Shown here piece by piece: positions 26,222 to 34,564 of a DNA stretch of 48,809 nucleotides. This DNA is from a bacterium (GTDB taxonomy: Bacteria > Patescibacteriota > Minisyncoccia > Minisyncoccales > UBA10102), in NCBI GenBank assembly GCA_027624865.1, contig JAQBTT010000002.1, positions 1 to 48,809 of the forward strand. The letters run 5' to 3'. A program made the position numbers and the translations under genes. The notes under the pieces are model-generated. The model ran no database searches, had not been told where the DNA came from, and saw only the letters and a list, made by a program, of their open reading frames with translations. Positions within the stretch are counted from its first letter, which is position 1. Each line of letters opens with the position of its first letter.

Positions 26222-26493
26222 ATGTTTAAGAGTCCAAGCGTGATCATACTTACAATGATCCCTGCTATTATGTGCCCCAATAGCATTATTGTTAAGGGGA
26301 AAATAGCTATTAACATATAGTAATGCCACATGTTAGTACGGACACAATGGCTGCAGCCATTATGTGCCCCAATAGCATTATTGTTAAGGGAAAAATAGCT
26401 ATTAACATATAGTAATGCCACATGTTAGTACGGACACAATGGCTGCAGCCATTATAACGCCAAAAAGGATAAGAGGAAATGCCTTGCGAAACG
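26218..26493. repeat. Three tandem 92-bp units, each encoding a variant of the C-terminal TM helix of the upstream membrane-protein gene
   Basis: 26267-26358 equals 26359-26450 apart from one base (26300 g vs 26392 a). The units read ...GVIMAAAIVSVLTCGITIC*, ...GHIMAAAIVSVLTCGITIC* and ...GHIIAGIIVSMITLGLLNI*. Confidence 0.85.
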
Positions 26494-26851
26494 GTATCCC
26501 AAAAACAAAGGCAACAAGAACAGCGGTCCACGCTCCGGTAAATGGTAGTGGAATTGCTACAAACAAAACAAGAGAAAGATCTTTTAGTAATGTAAACATT
26601 TTCTCATGTCTTTTCCTGGTTCGCAAAAAGAGCCAAGTAAAGATCTTTGCAAATATTGAAAAGCGCGAAGAAAGAGTTTCTGCGATAAAGCCGAGAGAAG
26701 GCAAAAAAAGCACAGGAATCATGTTTCCTGCAATTGCTAAGAAAAAGACCTGCCAGAAAGGCAACTTATACACCAATACACCCAAAGGAATTGCCCCTCG
26801 AAGCTCTGCAATTGGAGAGGCTGCAATAAGCGCAACAAAAAGTTGTTCCAT
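26402..26851 (-). CDS. Small multi-pass membrane protein (COG2426 / small multidrug export-like, tentative)
   Basis: 149-aa ORF (MEQLFVALIAASPIAELRGAIPLGV...) with 4 hydrophobic segments. Confidence 0.75.
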   Translation of the reverse strand: MEQLFVALIAASPIAELRGAIPLGVLVYKLPFWQVFFLAIAGNMIPVLFLPSLGFIAETLSSRFSIFAKIFTWLFLRTRKRHEKMFTLLKDLSLVLFVAIPLPFTGAWTAVLVAFVFGIPFRKAFPLILFGVIMAAAIVSVLTCGITIC

Positions 26852-26876
26852 GTTGCACTATTGTATCATCTCTCGT

Positions 26877-26919
26877 AAAAAAAGAAGAGTGCCCGGGATT
26901 TTAATTTTCCCCAGGCACT
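26877..26919 (-). terminator. Intrinsic terminator after the 74-aa ORF
   Basis: agtgcctgggg...cccgggcact stem followed by a T-rich run on the minus strand. Confidence 0.7.
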
Positions 26920-26932
26920 ATATACATAAAAA

Positions 26933-27157
26933 TTATGCGAGCGTGCTTTGAAGCTGGCAAAATCGAAGTAGCTTTCGTATTTGTGTTTTCTCAGAGGCTC
27001 CAATTTCGCCCCCAAGCTCAAAGTATACTACAAGGTACATGCGCCTTGCTGATTCCTCCCACAGATTTAAGGAGCCTCCTTCAAGAATCTTTCGCAAAAG
27101 GGATTGGAGAATCTCGCAAGCCTGTCTTAAAGCTTCCATTTTCCCATGATCAACCAT
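26933..27157 (-). CDS. Hypothetical 74-aa protein (self-contained cassette)
   Basis: MVDHGKMEALRQACEIL...; GGGGGAGGG lies 4 nt upstream of the ATG; it has its own promoter and terminator; higher G+C than the flanks. Confidence 0.6.
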   Translation of the reverse strand: MVDHGKMEALRQACEILQSLLRKILEGGSLNLWEESARRMYLVVYFELGGEIGASEKTQIRKLLRFCQLQSTLA

Positions 27158-27194
27158 AATTCCCTCCCCCAAACACAAAGTAGATGGTGTAGGA

Positions 27195-27223
27195 AATATA
27201 ATAAACTGATGTCCTCTTGTCAA
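27195..27223 (-). promoter_or_regulatory. Sigma70-like promoter TTGACA-17-TATATT
   Basis: -35 at 27218-27223 and -10 at 27195-27200, upstream of the 74-aa ORF. Confidence 0.6.
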
Positions 27224-27253
27224 TATTTCTTTGTCTTGCGACATCAATGAAAT

Positions 27254-27283
27254 AAAAAAGGCACTCCTAGCTAAAGGGTGCCT
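27254..27283 (-). terminator. Intrinsic terminator after the 93-aa ORF
   Basis: aggcaccc...ggagtgcct stem followed by T6 on the minus strand. Confidence 0.7.
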
Positions 27284-27312
27284 TTCATTCTTGCCCGAAG
27301 CCACCAAAGAGG

Positions 27313-27594
27313 CTAAGGGTGCTTGAAGCTAAACTCATCGCCCGCTCGAATGAGGGTCATCCCGCTTCCTTTGGGAGTGAGCTTCTTGCCGTTTAAACTG
27401 AAGGGGCCAAGGACAGTTATATTACCATTACCGATTTTAGCCATGGCAACCCTGGCAGCTTGAGGCACTGTGCAACCAACAAACCCATGATGGCTCTTAA
27501 TAACCTTAGTGCCTCTCCATTTGTGCCAAAGGAAGGCCTTTGGTGCGTTCGTGATCCTAGCTGTAGTAAGCTGAAAATCAGGTCCTCTTCTCAT
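27313..27594 (-). CDS. Hypothetical 93-aa protein (self-contained cassette)
   Basis: MRRGPDFQLTTARITNAPK...; GAGGAG upstream; candidate TTGACA-17-CATAGT promoter at 27628-27656; higher G+C than the flanks. Confidence 0.55.
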   Translation of the reverse strand: MRRGPDFQLTTARITNAPKAFLWHKWRGTKVIKSHHGFVGCTVPQAARVAMAKIGNGNITVLGPFSLNGKKLTPKGSGMTLIRAGDEFSFKHP

Positions 27595-27644
27595 CCCCTC
27601 TACTCCTCGCCAAAAATCCTCGTCTTGACTATGCTCTATTCACC

Positions 27645-28385
27645 CTATTTTGTCAATACCACAGGGCCTTTCTTGGTAATAGCGATAGTATCTTCAAAGT
27701 GACAGAACAAGGAGCCATCTTTTGTGTTGTAACTTTGGCCATCTTTTGCCAATTCTAATTTCCAGTCTCCTGTTGTAACCATAGGCTCAATGCAAATAAC
27801 CAACCCTTCTTGAATTTCCTTATCTGTATGTGCTTTTCCATAATTTAATACCTTTGGCATTTCATGAATTTCTCTTCCAATGCCGTGTCCACATAGCTCA
27901 CGTACAACCCCGTAGCCGAGGTCTTCCAAATATGTTTGCACCGCATATCCAATATCTCCCAAGCGATTCCCCACTTTTGCCTGCTCCATCCCAAGCTCCA
28001 AGGCTCTCTTGGTAGCTACTATAAGATCAGATTTTTCTTTTGATATTGTGCCAATAGGAATGGTTCTTGCCATATCCAAATACCATCCCTTCCATCTAAG
28101 TCCCATGTCTAAGGTTAAAATGTCACCTTCTTGGAGCTCTCTTTTTGATGGCGGAGTATGCACCCCCTCATCATTCACCGCAGTACATAAAACACCGGGA
28201 AACCCATGATATCCAAGAAATGCAGTCTCAGCTCCAGCGTCCAAGGTGAGCTTCCTAGTTAAAGAGTCTAGATCCATTGTTGTTACTCCAGGCTTTGCAT
28301 CCAAAGCAACCTTAGCTAAAATGCGGGCGAGGATCACTCCTCCCTCCCGCATCTCTTGAATATCTTTTGTTGTTTTTAAATTCAT
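27645..28385 (-). CDS. map: Methionine aminopeptidase type I
   Basis: 246-aa ORF (GYHGFPGVLCTAVNDEGVH...HGIGREIHE). Confidence 0.93.
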   Translation of the reverse strand: MNLKTTKDIQEMREGGVILARILAKVALDAKPGVTTMDLDSLTRKLTLDAGAETAFLGYHGFPGVLCTAVNDEGVHTPPSKRELQEGDILTLDMGLRWKGWYLDMARTIPIGTISKEKSDLIVATKRALELGMEQAKVGNRLGDIGYAVQTYLEDLGYGVVRELCGHGIGREIHEMPKVLNYGKAHTDKEIQEGLVICIEPMVTTGDWKLELAKDGQSYNTKDGSLFCHFEDTIAITKKGPVVLTK

Positions 28386-28389
28386 TTAG

Positions 28390-28974
28390 CTAAAAGAGTC
28401 CGCTTACTGCTGTTTCCATATCCTCCTGTACTTTCTTCACGTCTTGATTTCCATTTACCTCAACAAGCTTTCCTTGTTTTCTGTAGTGCTCAATAACTGG
28501 GACTACCTCATCTTCGTACCATTCCATTCGTTTTGCAATTGCTGACGCACTATCATCTGCGCGACCGCGCATCAAGAGACGCTTCTCAGACTCCTCCTTT
28601 GAAATACTCAGGTGAATCACTCTAAAGTTCTCCTCAAGCTCATAGAACTGATAAATCTCATCTAGAAGAAAGGCTTCATATACTTTTCGAGGGCTCCCCT
28701 CAAAAACAATCCCTTGATATTCTCCCTTTTCCTGTATGCTCTCCAGCTCATGTAACCACATATCAAATATGATAGGTGTCGGCATCAATCCTCCTGTGTT
28801 TAATATCTCCTTAATTTTAGTTCCAATAAAATCTTCCTTTTCTGCGCGCTCACGCAAAAGTCCTCCTGAGCTAATAATTTTTAAATTAAACTCCTTGGCA
28901 AGAAACGCTGATTGCGTCCCCTTCCCTGAGCCTGGTCTTCCCAGAATAGGGATAATAGAAAACTTCTTATTCAT
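28390..28974 (-). CDS. Adenylate/nucleoside-monophosphate kinase paralogue (short LID)
   Basis: 194-aa ORF with P-loop GRPGSGKGTQ and GGLLRE. Confidence 0.8.
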   Translation of the reverse strand: MNKKFSIIPILGRPGSGKGTQSAFLAKEFNLKIISSGGLLRERAEKEDFIGTKIKEILNTGGLMPTPIIFDMWLHELESIQEKGEYQGIVFEGSPRKVYEAFLLDEIYQFYELEENFRVIHLSISKEESEKRLLMRGRADDSASAIAKRMEWYEDEVVPVIEHYRKQGKLVEVNGNQDVKKVQEDMETAVSGLF

Positions 28975-29684
28975 ACACCTTGTGCAATTGTATTGATACG
29001 TGAGAACACCTCTGACACAGAACCAGTGGCAGAAATACGATGCACGGGGATTCCTTGCTCTTCAAAATACTCAAGCAATGGGAAGGTCTCCTTTCTAAAT
29101 GTTGCAAGACGCGTTGTGATAAGCTCAGGAGTATCGAAAGAGCGAGTAATCAACTTTGAGCCATCAAGAGGGCACAGAGTTAATTGCTCCGTTTCTTTAA
29201 TATATAAAATGGGGTGGCGTACAAGCTCACAAATACGTCGATGAGAATTTCGAAATATCGTATCCTCTTCATCAACATCAAGGTACAGAACAATAATATT
29301 TTCTTTTCCAAATGATTCAAGAGCAAAAGGCATGAGATATTCCATTTGAGAAATAGCTCGAGGAAATCCATCAAGTAGTATGCTTTGCTCCTCTCTCTTT
29401 AATCTTTTTAGGCGAGCCCTGACTGTATCTACAACGAAAGGAGTCTCATTGAGCACTCCACTTTCCCAAAGCTTTTGCTGATCTGCAACGTAATACTTCT
29501 TCCCTTCACTCTCTACATACTCTCCGGGCTCTGCATTCAAAAACCTCTCTTCCAAGAGTTTACTCATCTCAATGCGAGTAAGGCGCAATTTATCAGCTAA
29601 CAGGAGTGTCTGAGTTCCTTTTCCAGAACCTGGTGCACCAAGAAAGATATAGAGACGTTCTTTTAATTGTTGAGGAAGTTCCAT
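28971..29684 (-). CDS. adk: Adenylate kinase (long form)
   Basis: 237-aa ORF with P-loop GAPGSGKGTQ and LLDGFPR, in the canonical position after secY. Confidence 0.85.
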   Translation of the reverse strand: MELPQQLKERLYIFLGAPGSGKGTQTLLLADKLRLTRIEMSKLLEERFLNAEPGEYVESEGKKYYVADQQKLWESGVLNETPFVVDTVRARLKRLKREEQSILLDGFPRAISQMEYLMPFALESFGKENIIVLYLDVDEEDTIFRNSHRRICELVRHPILYIKETEQLTLCPLDGSKLITRSFDTPELITTRLATFRKETFPLLEYFEEQGIPVHRISATGSVSEVFSRINTIAQGV

Positions 29685-29687
29685 TGG

Positions 29688-30968
29688 TTAAAACGTGTCA
29701 TATTCTCTCATTTGAAGCTGAGCACGTATTTGACGCAGAGTTTCCAAAACCACAGAAACCACAATGAGGAGGGCGGTACCTCCCAAAAGAAATTGGAACG
29801 AAGCAATTTGAGTTGCTCCTTGCACGATAGAAGGCATAACAGCAATAGTTCCTAGAAATAGTGCTCCAACTAATAAAATTCGGTTCAAGATAAAAGAAAG
29901 GAAATTGGAAGTAGAAACACCGGGCCGTACCCCTGGGATAAAGCCACCCATCTTTTGCAGGTTCGTAGCAATTGATTTTGGATCAAAGGTTACTGCTGTA
30001 TAGAAAAAGGTAAACATTACCACGAGCAAGAAATAAAGAATTCCATACGCCCATGGGTTCACTAAAAAGTTTTGCACACCATTCGCAATGTTCCCAATAA
30101 AGCCTCCAACTCCTACAAGAAACGAAGCTACCATTCCAGGAATAGTGAGCAAGGATAGAGCAAAGATAATAGGGATAACACCTGCTGGGTTTACTTGGAG
30201 TGGAAGATAGGTTGAGGCTCCGCCAAACATCTTGTTCCCGCGAACTCGCTTTGCATAGGAAACCGGGATATTACGCCTGGCCTCCGTGATATACACCACC
30301 CCTGCAATAATAACAATTGCCATAACAAAAAAGGCAACATAGGCAGGGAGACGAGTTGGATCATAGGCAAGAAACATTTGTCTAATGGAAGAAGGAAAGC
30401 CCGTGACAATACCTGCAAAAATAAGCAAAGATACCCCATTTCCAATACCTTTTTCAGTAATAAGTTCCCCAAGCCACATCAGGAGCATTGTCCCTGCTGT
30501 GATGGTTACAAGGGCTGTGACAAGGATTTCAGGACTCAAGTGATCAATTACCTGCTGTTGCGTCAAAAGAGCCAAGAATCCGTATCCTTGCAAAAAAGCA
30601 AAAGGAACAGCAAGATACCTGCCATACTGGTTAAACTTCGCTCTTCCTGTCTCCCCTTCCTCTTTATACAGTCTTTCCAGGGCAGGAACAATCATGGTTA
30701 AAAGCTGCATGATAATAACAGCTGTAATGTAGGGACCAAGTCCAAGCATGACAATAGAAAGACTATCCAATGCTCCACCAGTAAACAGGTTTAAAAGGCC
30801 AAAGAGTTGATTGTTTGAGAAAAATTCCTCAATGCGCGCTGTATCAATACCTGGCATTGGGATATTTGCCATGAGACGAAACAATACAAAGATACCCAAA
30901 ACAAACAGAATTTTCTTCCTTAGATCAGGAATCTGAAATGTTCGAATGATGTTATAGAGCCAACTCAT
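29688..30968 (-). CDS. secY: Preprotein translocase subunit SecY
   Basis: 426-aa polytopic ORF (LGLGPYITAVIIMQLL...). Confidence 0.95.
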   Translation of the reverse strand: MSWLYNIIRTFQIPDLRKKILFVLGIFVLFRLMANIPMPGIDTARIEEFFSNNQLFGLLNLFTGGALDSLSIVMLGLGPYITAVIIMQLLTMIVPALERLYKEEGETGRAKFNQYGRYLAVPFAFLQGYGFLALLTQQQVIDHLSPEILVTALVTITAGTMLLMWLGELITEKGIGNGVSLLIFAGIVTGFPSSIRQMFLAYDPTRLPAYVAFFVMAIVIIAGVVYITEARRNIPVSYAKRVRGNKMFGGASTYLPLQVNPAGVIPIIFALSLLTIPGMVASFLVGVGGFIGNIANGVQNFLVNPWAYGILYFLLVVMFTFFYTAVTFDPKSIATNLQKMGGFIPGVRPGVSTSNFLSFILNRILLVGALFLGTIAVMPSIVQGATQIASFQFLLGGTALLIVVSVVLETLRQIRAQLQMREYDTF

Positions 30969-31396
30969 GTGATGCTACCACCGCTCTCTTCAATGGACTT
31001 CTTTGCGCCAGCCGTAAGGAGACATCCTTGAACTGAAAGTGGGCTTTCTAATATAGCTATTCCTACGATTTTTACTACAGGAGGCACTCCTCTCTTTTGA
31101 AATATCAATTCCTTCTCAAATAAGCTTGCAGGAGAAATGAGTTCGTCCTTTGAAAATTTCTTTACAATCATTTGCAAGGTAACTGTTTGAGGTTTGCGCT
31201 GTCTTTTCACTCCCCTATATCCCTTCAGCTTAGGATAACGCTTTAATACCTCTCTGACAACAGGGGCCACCTTTCCTCCAGCTCTTGATTTCTGTCCCTT
31301 CATTCCACGCCCAGAATAAGTGCCTCTTTTGCCACCTCTTCCAATACGCTTTTTTGAAGCTCTTTTCGTTTTTGGTTTTATTTCGTGTAATTGCAT
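30965..31396 (-). CDS. rplO: Ribosomal protein uL15
   Basis: 143-aa ORF (RIGRGGKRGTYSGRGMKGQKSR). Confidence 0.94.
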   Translation of the reverse strand: MQLHEIKPKTKRASKKRIGRGGKRGTYSGRGMKGQKSRAGGKVAPVVREVLKRYPKLKGYRGVKRQRKPQTVTLQMIVKKFSKDELISPASLFEKELIFQKRGVPPVVKIVGIAILESPLSVQGCLLTAGAKKSIEESGGSIT

Positions 31397-31397
31397 A

Positions 31398-31597
31398 CCA
31401 GGTACTAGAAATTAGACTTCTCTTGACTCTGTAGTGAATTTTGGACATGCTTTCGCAAACAAAGTTTGGTCCAAAATCTACTACGGGGTTGACTTGCGAT
31501 ATATGCGACCATTGTTGGTATTTTATTTAAAGATTTCATAATGAGTTGAATATTGTGTTTTGGCGAGAAATAGCAAGGTCTAATTTTCAGTACCTGG
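31398..31597. mobile_element. MITE-like element, family C (copy C2) with a nested family F element at 31428-31488
   Basis: 20-nt TIRs ccaggtactagaaattagac / gtctaattttcagtacctgg, flanked by CATA on both sides (the proximal copy is the rplO start codon). The nested 61-nt hairpin element is flanked by a TTGAC direct repeat that is absent from C1. Confidence 0.75.
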
Positions 31598-31601
31598 CAT
31601 A

Positions 31602-32150
31602 CTACAAAGTTTCCTCTTTTACCTTTTCTTCAACTTCTTCTTTCTTTGGCTCTTTTCCTTTTTCGTCGCTCACCTGAAGCATTCGAATAGCTGCCAAAGT
31701 TGCCAGTGCATTGTTTAACTTATTTCTACTTCGCGTAATAGTTTTAGCAGAGATATTCTTGATTCCTGCTTTTTCTGCAATAATTCTTGTAACTCCCCCA
31801 GCAACTAACCCACGTCCTTGCTTTTGAGGTTTCAGTAAAATACGTGAAGCGCCAAATGTAGCTGTAACTTCATGCGCAATTGTATCGTTAACGATAGGTA
31901 CAGTAACCAAGCTCTTTGTGGCCTTGCGAGTTGCTTTCTCTATTGCTTGCGCAACATCAGCGCCCTTTGCAACGCCGACTCCCACTCGAGCCTTATGATC
32001 TCCCACTACCACTACAGCGCGAAAACGGAATCTTCTTCCGCCGGCTGACACACGAACAACACGCGCTAAATCGACGAGCTTTGAATCAAACTCGGATTTC
32101 TCTCGTGGTTTCCCTCTTTGCTCAAATTGTTTTCGCTGTTTTCCTGGCAT
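31602..32150 (-). CDS. rpsE: Ribosomal protein uS5
   Basis: 182-aa ORF (VVRVSAGGRRFRFRAVVVVGD...). Confidence 0.94.
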   Translation of the reverse strand: MPGKQRKQFEQRGKPREKSEFDSKLVDLARVVRVSAGGRRFRFRAVVVVGDHKARVGVGVAKGADVAQAIEKATRKATKSLVTVPIVNDTIAHEVTATFGASRILLKPQKQGRGLVAGGVTRIIAEKAGIKNISAKTITRSRNKLNNALATLAAIRMLQVSDEKGKEPKKEEVEEKVKEETL

Positions 32151-32154
32151 ACTA

Positions 32155-32505
32155 TTAAAAGACTAATCCTCCTTCTCTTGCGCCTTCTGCAAGTGCTTTA
32201 ATGTTTCCATGATACTTATACCCACCTCTATCAAACACAATTTTTGTAATTCCTTTTGCTTGCGCATCTTTTGCAATTTGCTTTCCCATTGCGCTTGCTC
32301 TTGTAATCGGAGCCCCTTTCTTTACGTCTTTTAAGTCAGAGATTGCAGTGATCACTGTCCCTTTCATGTCGTCTACCAATTGAGCATACAAATGCTTTTG
32401 GGAACGAAAGACACAAAGCCTTGGACACTTTGCAGTGCCTTTTACTCTTGCTCGAACACGCTTGTGTCGAGTTACTCTTTGTTCTCTTGGGGTTTTCTTT
32501 ATCAT
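32155..32505 (-). CDS. rplR: Ribosomal protein uL18
   Basis: 116-aa ORF (RLCVFRSQKHLYAQ...FDRGGYKYHGNIKALAEGAREGGL). Confidence 0.94.
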   Translation of the reverse strand: MIKKTPREQRVTRHKRVRARVKGTAKCPRLCVFRSQKHLYAQLVDDMKGTVITAISDLKDVKKGAPITRASAMGKQIAKDAQAKGITKIVFDRGGYKYHGNIKALAEGAREGGLVF

Positions 32506-32513
32506 ACCATTAT

Positions 32514-33080
32514 TTATGCACCTCCCGAGGCGCCTGCTGCTTTCTTACCTTCCTTTCTTCGCACTACTTCACCAACGTAGCGAACACCTTTTCCTTTATA
32601 AGGTTCCACTGGTCGATACCTTCTGATCTTTGCTGCAAATTCACCTACCTGTTGCTTGTTGATACCAGAGACAATAACGGTATTCTTTTCCACGACACAC
32701 GTAATGCCTTCTGGCATTTTTGCTTTTACGGGGTGGGAAAATCCAAGGGAAAGGTTAATCACGTCTCCTTCCACTGCAGCGCGATACCCTGTTCCTTCTA
32801 TCTCAAGTCTCTTTTCATACCCCTCAGTTACGCCCTGTATCATATTTGCCAGGAGCGTCCTGGTAAGTCCCCACAATCCTTTTGCAAGAAAAGCTCGTTT
32901 TTTTGAAAGGTCCTCACGCAAAGAAACCTGAATGACACTTTCCTCCTTTACTACGGATACATCAGGATGCATCTCATATACAAGTTCGCCTCGAGGTCCC
33001 TTCACCTTAGCTACGTGGTCTTCCAGACTCACATCCACATTAAGTGGTACTTCAATTGGTTGTTTTCCTATCCTTGACAT
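32514..33080 (-). CDS. rplF: Ribosomal protein uL6
   Basis: 188-aa ORF (MSRIGKQPIEVP...YKGKGVRY). Confidence 0.94.
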   Translation of the reverse strand: MSRIGKQPIEVPLNVDVSLEDHVAKVKGPRGELVYEMHPDVSVVKEESVIQVSLREDLSKKRAFLAKGLWGLTRTLLANMIQGVTEGYEKRLEIEGTGYRAAVEGDVINLSLGFSHPVKAKMPEGITCVVEKNTVIVSGINKQQVGEFAAKIRRYRPVEPYKGKGVRYVGEVVRRKEGKKAAGASGGA

Positions 33081-33170
33081 AAATTTCTAATTTCTAAATC
33101 CTAATTTTAAATTAAATCCTCTCCCTTCCCGAGATCTCCCACAGGGAGACAATGACCAAATACTTTCTGT

Positions 33171-33289
33171 GAGAAATGTTGCTCTCCGGGAAGCTCTCGC
33201 AGGTGTTTTGGCATGGTCTTGAGCGAAGCGAAAGCAAAACACCGAGAGTGCAGCTCCCAAAATCCGGCTGGGGATTTTGAGGAGCGGTT
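33171..33289. repeat. Structured GC-rich repeat, family A (copy A2)
   Basis: gctctccgggaagctctcgcaggtgttttggcatggtc...caaaacaccgagagtgcagctcccaaaatccggctggggattttgaggagcggttctccgggagc; between rpsH and rplF. Confidence 0.8.
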
Positions 33290-33349
33290 CTCCGGGAGCA
33301 ATATTCCGAGCAGAACTGATTGTTTGAAATGTATTGATAATCATATTTT

Positions 33350-33739
33350 TTACCACACTTCACATAATATTTCTCCTCCAATGCCAAGTGCTCGTGCTTC
33401 ACCAGTTGTCATAAGTCCTTTGGATGTTGAAACAATGCCAATGCTCTTTGCTCTACCTACTTTCCCAAGCTCTAAGGTAGAGGCATATGCTCGCTTTCCT
33501 GGCTTGGACACGCGCTTTACTCCAGTAACTCTGGCAACGCCGTCTTTATACACCAAGAGTAACTCCATGGATTTCTTCCCTTTCTTGGTCTTTATCTCCA
33601 CTTTGGAGATAAAGTTTGTTCTCTCCAAAATCTTTCCGATTTCAAATCGAATTCTGGAAAATGGAACCTCAGTTACCTCCTTTCCAACGGCTTGAGCGTT
33701 CTTTATCCTATTTAACATGTCTGCAATTGGGTCTACCAT
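33350..33739 (-). CDS. rpsH: Ribosomal protein uS8
   Basis: 129-aa ORF ([13 protein letters not shown]...GGEILCEVW). Confidence 0.94.
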   Translation of the reverse strand: MVDPIADMLNRIKNAQAVGKEVTEVPFSRIRFEIGKILERTNFISKVEIKTKKGKKSMELLLVYKDGVARVTGVKRVSKPGKRAYASTLELGKVGRAKSIGIVSTSKGLMTTGEARALGIGGEILCEVW

Positions 33740-33918
33740 GAAGATTTTGTAATACCTGGTAGTAATCCTTTATTTGCCATCTCTCGAAAACATATTCGAC
33801 AGAGTCCAAAGTCTCGAAGAAATCCTCTCTTCCTTCCACATCTAAAACATCTTCTCACAATTCGAGATTGAAACTTTGGCTTCCTTTTTGACTTTTCAAT
33901 TTGTGACTTTGTTGCCAT
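33733..33918 (-). CDS. rpsN: Ribosomal protein uS14, zinc-binding type Z
   Basis: 61-aa ORF with [23 protein letters not shown]. Confidence 0.93.
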   Translation of the reverse strand: MATKSQIEKSKRKPKFQSRIVRRCFRCGRKRGFLRDFGLCRICFREMANKGLLPGITKSSW

Positions 33919-33931
33919 ATCTTTTCGTGAC

Positions 33932-34005
33932 CTAGGACTTATGACTTATGACGAATGACATTCTCTGATGCTTTTTGTCATTTGTCATTAGTCATTAGTC
34001 ATTAG
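33932..34005. repeat. Long imperfect hairpin built from 7-nt repeats (TGACTTA/TAAGTCA type)
   Basis: ctaggacttatgacttatgacgaatgaca ... tgtcatttgtcattagtcattagtcattag; its right arm overlaps the rplE stop codon. Confidence 0.75.
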
Positions 34006-34562
34006 TTAGTTTTAAATGGAAATCCAAGTTGGGTAAATAATTCCATTCCTTCCTCATGCGTCGTAGCAGTTGTTGTTACGGTAACTTCAAGCGAAAAAGA
34101 AATCTTAGATTTTTCTGGGGAAATCTCAGGGAAAAATAGGTGCTCCTGAATTCCAATATTTAAGTTCCCCTGCGCGTCAACGAAAGAAGTTTTCAGCCCC
34201 TGAAAATCACGTGACCGTGGAAACATAACATGTACAAGGCGATCTAGGAAGTCGTACATCTTTTTCCCTCGCAATGTTACTTTCACTCCAACAGGAGCGC
34301 CTTGCCGTAACTTAAAGGTTGCAATAGACTTTCTTGCTTTTGTTAGTACCGGCTTTTGTCCTGCAATCAAAGCTATATCATCTGCAATTATCTCTCCCAT
34401 CTTTCGTGCTTCCTCATTACTCTTTCCCGAAGCCATTTTCCCAAATCCAGAGTTAATAACCACCTTCTCAATTAAAGGAACTGCCATAACGCTTGTCAGT
34501 CCAAACTTCTTTTGAAGCAAAGGCGCAACTTTTTTTCTGTATGTTACTTGCATGTTTTCCAT
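34002..34562 (-). CDS. rplE: Ribosomal protein uL5
   Basis: The ORF was trimmed to MENMQVTYRKKVAPLL..., 2 nt after the rplX stop. Confidence 0.93.
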   Translation of the reverse strand: MENMQVTYRKKVAPLLQKKFGLTSVMAVPLIEKVVINSGFGKMASGKSNEEARKMGEIIADDIALIAGQKPVLTKARKSIATFKLRQGAPVGVKVTLRGKKMYDFLDRLVHVMFPRSRDFQGLKTSFVDAQGNLNIGIQEHLFFPEISPEKSKISFSLEVTVTTTATTHEEGMELFTQLGFPFKTN

Positions 34563-34564
34563 GA

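Noticed and set aside
31397-31601. The rpsE-rplO spacer could hide the L30 gene (rpmD)
   Set aside because: No ORF with L30-like sequence exists in any frame. The spacer is fully accounted for by repeat C2 with its terminal inverted repeats.
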